Assembly: GCA_030672255.1 (NCBI GenBank)
Contig: DAOVGU010000202.1
Location: 1 to 40,849 of the forward strand
Direction: 5' to 3'
Source of the DNA: a bacterium
Lineage (GTDB): Bacteria; Ratteibacteria; UBA8468
DNA: 40,849 bases
Made by a program: the position numbers and the translations under genes. The notes under the pieces are model-generated. The model searched no databases and was not told the DNA's origin. It saw only the letters and a program-made list of their open reading frames with translations. Of the stretch, positions 35,561-40,849 are shown one piece after another. Position 1 is the first letter of the stretch; the number at the start of each line of letters is the position of its first letter.

Positions 35561-35589
35561 TTGGCATTTCTGGCTAAATCTACTATAAT
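35561..35589 (+). promoter_or_regulatory. putative sigma70 promoter upstream of the dehydrogenase genes
   Basis: TTGGCA, 17-nt spacer, TATAAT. A GAAGGAGGAG RBS follows before the ATG at 35611. Confidence 0.55.
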
Positions 35590-35610
35590 AGATAACGAAG
35601 GAGGAGATTT

Positions 35611-36657
35611 ATGAAGATAGCAATTACTGAGGGGAATGGAAAAGTAAAGTTAGCGGAGGCTCCTATTCCTGAGCCAAACGAATACCAATGCCTGTGTAAA
35701 ATCCTGGCCTGTGCTACCTGTACGGGGACAGATCTCAAGATTATGAATAGGAAGATGTCTTGGGCAAAAGAGTATCCCGGTGTTTTAGGACATGAAAGCG
35801 TGGGTAGGGTGATTAAAATTGGCGCTAAGGTCAAGAATATCAAGGAAGGAGATATTTTTCTGCGGCCAACCGCGGTCTATCCCGGGGAAAAATTAGGGAA
35901 CTACTCCTCCCTGATAGGTGGTTTTGCCGAATATGGTCTGGTTACCGATACACAAGCACTTTTGGAAGACCAACCGGATGTAAAACCTAACCACTATACT
36001 ATCTACCAGCAGAAGATACCCCCGGATACTGCAATCTCACCGGCAGATGCGACGATGTTGATTACCCTGAAAGAAATTTCGAGTTTCGTCGCCAATGTTG
36101 GGGTGAAGTTCAATTCCTCCCTTGTTATTCTCGGTGCCGGAGCGGTTGCGATGAGCATCTGTTTCTTTGCAAAACTCTACGGTGCGTATCCGGTCATTGT
36201 TGTCAGTCGCAGGGATGAGCCCTTAGGACGCATAAAGAAGATTGGGGCAGATTTTACGGTAAACAACCAGAAGGAAGATATAATTGCTCAGGTGAAGGAG
36301 GTAACCGCTAATAAAGGCGTCAATTTTATAATTGATGCGGCGGGAGATTCGGCTTTTGTTTCAGAGGCGAGCCAATCTCTTGCGCCAAATGGAAAAATAG
36401 CGCTTTATGCTACCGGGAGTTCTTCCCAGGATATTGTAGGGCATAGCAAAACTCTTTCAGAAAAAGATTTTATTGCTGCGGGTCCCAGCGAAGAAATGGC
36501 TCACCAATACCTACTCGATATGGTAAGACTTAAGATAGTAGCGATAGATGCTTTTTACTCGCACCGTTTACCATTCAGTGAAATTAAAGAAGGCTTTGAA
36601 CTTTTAAAGAAAAAAGAGGCTTTTAAAATTGTTTTTGAAATGGAGGAATCAAGATGA
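35611..36657 (+). CDS. zinc-type MDR dehydrogenase
   Basis: CATCTGTDLKI, GHESVGRVIKIG and VILGAGAVAM are the MDR motifs. Confidence 0.8.
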   Translation: MKIAITEGNGKVKLAEAPIPEPNEYQCLCKILACATCTGTDLKIMNRKMSWAKEYPGVLGHESVGRVIKIGAKVKNIKEGDIFLRPTAVYPGEKLGNYSSLIGGFAEYGLVTDTQALLEDQPDVKPNHYTIYQQKIPPDTAISPADATMLITLKEISSFVANVGVKFNSSLVILGAGAVAMSICFFAKLYGAYPVIVVSRRDEPLGRIKKIGADFTVNNQKEDIIAQVKEVTANKGVNFIIDAAGDSAFVSEASQSLAPNGKIALYATGSSSQDIVGHSKTLSEKDFIAAGPSEEMAHQYLLDMVRLKIVAIDAFYSHRLPFSEIKEGFELLKKKEAFKIVFEMEESR

Positions 36658-36658
36658 G

Positions 36659-36710
36659 CTCTCACCCTGCCCTCTCCCCAGGTGGGAGAGGAATATAGGT
36701 GAGGGGGAGG
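36659..36710 (+). repeat. GC-rich palindromic element, copy 4 (short form, intergenic; supplies the downstream SD)
   Basis: ctcaccctgccctctccccaggtgggagaggaatataggtgagggggagg. The GGGGGAGG at its 3' end lies 6-13 nt upstream of the ATG at 36716. Confidence 0.75.
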
Positions 36711-36715
36711 TTAAA

Positions 36716-37726
36716 ATGTCTACTCGACAAACGAAGGCGGTAGTTTTTCCTGAGGCAAATAAATTTGAGATGACCCAGTTGGAGCTGGAAAAACCCGGGC
36801 CGGGCGACATCGTCGTCAAAACTCTAATATCGGCGATATCGCCAGGGACGGAGAGATGGGTTCTGCGCGGCAAGCATATTGGCACACGGTTTCCTTGTGT
36901 TCCGGGATACCACCGCATTGGCATTGTTGAAGAAAGCGGAAAAGGAGTAAAAAACTTTCGGGTCGGTGATATTGTATATGGAAGCGGAAACCGCTGGCAA
37001 GGAGATATTGTTTCGATGTGGGGAGCGCATCTTGGCCTATCCGTGGGTAATTGGGCCGGCTATCGCTTCCTTGACTCTTCCTTGCCAAAACGGTTAGAGT
37101 TAGAAACAATGGCCTTTGCAATTTTAGCCGGGGTTGCCAACCGCGGGATACGTTTCTGCGATGTCAAAGCCGGGCAAAGGGTTTTGATCATCGGAGCCGG
37201 TTTTATTGGAATTTGTGCATCACAACTGGTTTCCCTTCGTGGTGCGCATCCTGTCCTGCTTGAAATTGACCCCGAGCATATCGCATTTGCAAAACAATTA
37301 ATCCAGAATGTGCTCAGTCCAAAGGATGAAAAACTAAAAGAGGCGCTCCAGGAACTGGCACCGAATGGATTTGATGTCCTTTATGATACAGTGGGAGATG
37401 CAGCCACGACAGACAGAATGGTCCAGCATATGCGAGGCCAGGGAACTCTTTTACTCCAGGCGCAGTATTTTGACAAAGAACGCTGCGCGCTCGACCTCGA
37501 CCAGATTAAGATCCGCGAACTGACGGTGAAAACAACCTGTGGGACTGATGACCAGGACTGGGCAGAGACAATAAATAACATCCGCAGTCGTCTCCTTAAA
37601 ATAGCTCCCTTGATTACGCACCGCTTTGAGGCGGCTAATGCGCTTAAAGGATACGAACTGCTTCATACCGGCAAGCCGTTCAATTTAGGGATTGTTTTTC
37701 GCTGGGACGAAAGAGTAAAGGATTGA
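36716..37726 (+). CDS. MDR-superfamily dehydrogenase lacking the classical zinc ligands
   Basis: ISPGTERWVL stands in place of C-G-S/T-D and GYHRIGIVEESG in place of GHE. The Rossmann motif is LIIGAGFIGI. The start is taken at MSTRQTKAVVF; the 5' extension in the ORF track runs through the repeat. Confidence 0.7.
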   Translation: MSTRQTKAVVFPEANKFEMTQLELEKPGPGDIVVKTLISAISPGTERWVLRGKHIGTRFPCVPGYHRIGIVEESGKGVKNFRVGDIVYGSGNRWQGDIVSMWGAHLGLSVGNWAGYRFLDSSLPKRLELETMAFAILAGVANRGIRFCDVKAGQRVLIIGAGFIGICASQLVSLRGAHPVLLEIDPEHIAFAKQLIQNVLSPKDEKLKEALQELAPNGFDVLYDTVGDAATTDRMVQHMRGQGTLLLQAQYFDKERCALDLDQIKIRELTVKTTCGTDDQDWAETINNIRSRLLKIAPLITHRFEAANALKGYELLHTGKPFNLGIVFRWDERVKD

Positions 37727-37735
37727 TGTAGAAAC

Positions 37736-37817
37736 GTCATTGCGAGGGGATGTAATCCCCGAAGCAATCTCAAAGAAGTAAGGGATTGCCGCGCTCCTTT
37801 CAGTCGCTCGCAATGAC
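37736..37817. repeat. palindromic repeat of the gtcattgcgag / ctcgcaatgac family
   Basis: gtcattgcgag-gggatgtaatcccc-gaagcaatctc...gggattgcc...ctcgcaatgac, same family as 10752-10933. Confidence 0.8.
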
Positions 37818-37849
37818 AGAGCATTGTTGTTATAAAACAAGGGAGGAAT

Positions 37850-39013
37850 ATGGAAGGGTATCGATTGCCAGATAGGGAATTTGAGGTAAGGTGGCAAAAG
37901 GTTCAGGAAGGGGTGAGGGCGAAAGGATTGGATTTGCTTCTCGCTCATTCTGATGAGGCGGATTTTGCCAATGTACGGTATTTATCCGATTACTGGCCTA
38001 TCTTTGAGTCCGCCGGAGTTATTGTGCCGGCGGAAGGCGAACCGGCCTTACTGATTGGTCCGGAAAGCGAGACTTTTGCCCGCGACCGCAGCCGAATTAA
38101 AAAGATTTATAAACTGGTGGAATACCGGGAAAGTGCGGAGCCGGACTACCCGGATATAAAGGTGGATACCTTTTCCTCAATTTTCCCGGAGATGATGCCG
38201 GGTAAGAAGGTCAAAAAGATCGGGTTAGCCGGTTACCAGATTTTTCCTCTGCCTGTTTACGAGAGCCTGAAAGCCGCGGCTCCGGAAGCGGAAATAATTA
38301 AGAGCGATGAATTGATTGTTAACCTCAGGATTATTAAGAGCCCCGCGGAATTGGAAATGCTTCAGGAGGCATTTCGTATTTCGGAAAAGGCATTGGAAGA
38401 AACCCTGAGAGAAATTAAGCCAGAGATGACCGAACTGGAAGTGGTGGGTATTATTGAGAAGGAGCTCTATGCCAACGGCGCGGAATACGAGGGTCATCCC
38501 CAGTATGTTTTATCAGGGAAGAATTCAACGCATGCCATCGGAAGACCTAACTATCAAAGGTTGGAAAAGGGAGCCTTGATCCAACTTAATATCGGCGCCC
38601 GGGTTGCTGGCTACTCCGCCAGTGTGGGCCGACCGGTTTGTATCGGAAAGATGAGTAGAGAAATGCGGCGTCTGGTGCAGGCAGGTCTTGACTTGCACCT
38701 GAAGACGATGGAATGGATGGCGCCGGGCGTAATCGCTAAAGATGTGGTGCAAAAGTTTAATGATTATGCAACAAAATTGGGGGTAAATCAGAATCTCCTT
38801 TATGGTCCCTGTCACGGCCTGGGGATGATGGAAGTGGAACGTCCCTGGATGGAATCACATTCCGATTACCCGTTGCAGGAGAAGATGACCTTCCAGGTCG
38901 ATACGTTTCTCTACAACCCTGATTTCGGTCTGCGCTGGGAAGATGGAGTTTGTATCACTAAAGATGGAGTGAGACCTTTTTCTAATCAGTTGCAAAAAAT
39001 AATCGAGATTTAA
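37850..39013 (+). CDS. M24-fold protein (creatinase / Xaa-Pro peptidase family) lacking both Asp metal ligands
   Basis: It has a creatinase/prolidase N-domain plus the pita-bread domain. GALIQLNIGARVAGYSASVGRP aligns to the PepP motif GDLVLIDAGCEYKGYAGDITRT, with D to N and D to S substitutions. Confidence 0.7.
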   Translation: MEGYRLPDREFEVRWQKVQEGVRAKGLDLLLAHSDEADFANVRYLSDYWPIFESAGVIVPAEGEPALLIGPESETFARDRSRIKKIYKLVEYRESAEPDYPDIKVDTFSSIFPEMMPGKKVKKIGLAGYQIFPLPVYESLKAAAPEAEIIKSDELIVNLRIIKSPAELEMLQEAFRISEKALEETLREIKPEMTELEVVGIIEKELYANGAEYEGHPQYVLSGKNSTHAIGRPNYQRLEKGALIQLNIGARVAGYSASVGRPVCIGKMSREMRRLVQAGLDLHLKTMEWMAPGVIAKDVVQKFNDYATKLGVNQNLLYGPCHGLGMMEVERPWMESHSDYPLQEKMTFQVDTFLYNPDFGLRWEDGVCITKDGVRPFSNQLQKIIEI

Positions 39014-39212
39014 ATCAGCGAGGTTAAAAACCTCGCACTACATTACATAGTAGTGGTCGAGCTTGCTCGACATAAGCAGAGTAAACGTAAATACTCAGTG
39101 AACACCGTACCAAAAGGTAGTCGCAACCTTTAGGTTGCGCAGGCGCAGGATGAATCCTGCGGCTACCAGCCTACGTCTACTTGAAAATAACGGCTTTTAC
39201 TGAATATTTACG
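39014..39212. repeat. array of five perfect hairpins, including a 127-nt unit bounded by 14-nt inverted repeats
   Basis: Hairpins lie at 39018-39036, 39036-39055, 39056-39071, 39122-39139 and 39144-39161. The last two are closed by ggtag/ctacc (39116/39163). The inverted repeat is cgtaaatactcagt (39086) against actgaatatttacg (39199), with 1 mismatch. Confidence 0.75.
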
Positions 39213-39243
39213 AATTCAGGTTCGCTAAAAAAGGGAGGTAGAT

Positions 39244-39987
39244 ATGCGTTATGAACTAATGTTTTCCTATCAAATAAGGAAAGCAATCAAGGAGGAATGG
39301 CCTGTTGTTCTTCCTCTTGGGGTGCTGGAATATCATAGCGAGCATTGTGTTGTTGGAGTGGATACACTTTTGGTAACAAAGGCTTTAGAAATTCTGGAAA
39401 ATGAAATTGACATGATTATTCTGCCACCGTTTTTTTATGGAGCTGGCAGTTATGCGGTGGAACCGCCTGAAAACAAAGGAACAATTCATGTTGCATCAAA
39501 GGCTCTCCATATTTTTGCAAAGGACCTCTTTTTAAGTTTATTGAGAATAGGTTTCAAAAATATTCATATCTTTATCCATCATCAGAGCGAAAATTTTGTT
39601 GCCGGAATGCCAACTGACCTTGCTTTTAAACTGGCAGCACGCGAGATAATGTTTGATTATTTAGAGAAAGCAAGAGGAGAAGGCTGGTGGGGTGATAATA
39701 GGATGCAGGACTACTATTCAAGACATGAGACCGGAACAGACCCTTTCAATTGGATAAAAATTCATCCATTTATGGATGAAGAGACACAGAAAAAATTCCC
39801 AATAGACCATGCCGGTCTTCAAGAAACCTCTTTAATGATGGCTTTTTGTCCGGAAGGAGTTGATGCGAAAAAAATTTCTGATAAGAAGTGGTATGCCAGG
39901 CAAGCAAAAAAGGCAAATTTAAGGTATGGTGAAGAAGCCAAGGAAATGATTCTTAAAAAAATGCGAGAGATACTTAAAAAGAAATGA
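39244..39987 (+). CDS. creatininase-family amidohydrolase
   Basis: VVLPLGVLEYHSEHCVVGVDTLL corresponds to the family motif lP.Gs.EqHG.HLP...D. It has a GGGAGG RBS. Confidence 0.7.
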   Translation: MRYELMFSYQIRKAIKEEWPVVLPLGVLEYHSEHCVVGVDTLLVTKALEILENEIDMIILPPFFYGAGSYAVEPPENKGTIHVASKALHIFAKDLFLSLLRIGFKNIHIFIHHQSENFVAGMPTDLAFKLAAREIMFDYLEKARGEGWWGDNRMQDYYSRHETGTDPFNWIKIHPFMDEETQKKFPIDHAGLQETSLMMAFCPEGVDAKKISDKKWYARQAKKANLRYGEEAKEMILKKMREILKKK

Positions 39988-40849
39988 AGAATAAATTTGT
40001 TTTTAACCCAAGAATTATCCGCTCACCCTCCTCCGACTACTATGGTGATGAAATTGAAAATTCTCTCCAGGCTTATCCAGAGAGGTACCTGAAAGAGATT
40101 GCGAGAGAAGGTTATAACGGAATCTGGCTGCAGGTTATCCTCAGAGAAATAGTTCCCTGCACCCCTTTTCCGGAATTTGGAGATAAAAGAAAAGGGCAAC
40201 TAACGGTCTTAAACAGACTGGTAGCAAAAGCGGGTCGTTTTGGAATCAAGGTCTACCTTTATTTTTGCGAACCCAGGGGATTCAGAGCAAAGGACCCATT
40301 CTGGCAACGCCATCCGGAGGTTAAAGGCCAGCCGGCAACCTTCCAGGCAACCGGCGGCAGCGGTGGCATTTATTTTGCCCTCTGTTCCAGCACGACTGCG
40401 GTTAGGGAATACTTAGAGGAGAGTTCCTTTAATCTCTTCAAGTGCGTCCCCGGCTTAGGGGGTGTTTTCCTGATTACCGCAAGTGAGCAACACACCCACT
40501 GCTATTCCCATTTTCCAAAACATCAAAAGGAATACAGCGACCCAAATGTCGAAGCGTGGTCAAAGGCAAAGTTTTTCTGTCCTAGGTGTATTGGTCGTCA
40601 ACCAACCAAAGTGGTTGCCGAAGTTATCCGTTTAATAAACCGCGGGGTAAAAAGTGCCGCATCCGAGGCCAAAGTTATTGCCCACACCTGGAGCTGGTCA
40701 ATCCTGGAACGAGACCCCCAAAAGAAATTAATCGGTCTTTTGCCCAAGGACGTTATTCTGATGTCGGACTGGGAAAGAGGTGGACAGAAGAAGGTTTGTG
40801 GAAAGCGCTATCCATTGGACGAATACAGTTTTTCTTATCCGGGTCCCTC
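39984..40849 (+). CDS. hypothetical protein, partial (runs off the window), TIM-barrel/glycosidase-like
   Basis: Its ATG overlaps the upstream stop (ATGA), and I read the frame as open to the window end. GYNGIWLQV, GIKVYLYFCEPRG and GGVFLITASEQHTHCY...FFCPRCIG loosely resemble the 17584-19272 protein (GIGGQFCEHSNTRCNCKNC). Confidence 0.5.
   Translation, partial: MKNKFVFNPRIIRSPSSDYYGDEIENSLQAYPERYLKEIAREGYNGIWLQVILREIVPCTPFPEFGDKRKGQLTVLNRLVAKAGRFGIKVYLYFCEPRGFRAKDPFWQRHPEVKGQPATFQATGGSGGIYFALCSSTTAVREYLEESSFNLFKCVPGLGGVFLITASEQHTHCYSHFPKHQKEYSDPNVEAWSKAKFFCPRCIGRQPTKVVAEVIRLINRGVKSAASEAKVIAHTWSWSILERDPQKKLIGLLPKDVILMSDWERGGQKKVCGKRYPLDEYSFSYPGP

Overview
This 40.8-kb window appears to come from an uncultivated, probably anaerobic bacterium; I cannot assign a phylum from the sequence alone.

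**Left end (1-4535), decayed mobile/defence islet.** An IS630-type element truncates a DNA-methyltransferase-like gene. Next comes a minus-strand operon: minimal GIY-YIG nuclease, then a TIR-like (ThsB/DUF1863-type) protein, then a small 4-TM protein. After that come a 5'-truncated, frameshifted tyrosine-integrase remnant and a lone AT-rich membrane-protein gene. That gene is bracketed by two diverged copies of the 3' end of the adjacent UPF0182 membrane-protein gene, an att-like duplication.

**Core genes (about 4.1-27.5 kb).**
- Housekeeping: UPF0182, uppP, a DUF4139-like protein, murJ, an M50 protease, a DUF1844 protein, uvrC and obg.
- A glycan/sugar-type cluster: Gfo/Idh/MocA oxidoreductase, TIM-barrel isomerase, MDR dehydrogenase, sulfatase-like protein, alpha/alpha-toroid protein and a putative glycosidase-like protein. 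The first two carry frameshifts.
- A Wza/Wzz/ABC polysaccharide-export trio.
- A HEPN/MNT toxin-antitoxin pair.

**Right ~13 kb (27.5-40.8 kb), IclR-headed cluster.** It carries four paralogous QueG/reductive-dehalogenase-like Fe-S modules, two of them fused in one 749-aa protein. With them are a Cys-rich TIM-barrel (possibly U32-like) protein and decayed FAD-oxidoreductase and URO-D-like genes. Two MDR dehydrogenases, a creatinase-like M24 protein that lacks its metal ligands, and a creatininase-family protein complete it.

**Repeats.** At least three families of small palindromic repeats are scattered through the window. Three copies sit in frame inside uvrC and the UPF0182 gene.

**Main candidates for something new:**
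- the TIR-like + 4-TM + GIY-YIG module;
- the QueG/Rdh-like paralogue cluster;
- the in-frame palindromic elements.

All family assignments come from motif recognition by eye; no searches were run.
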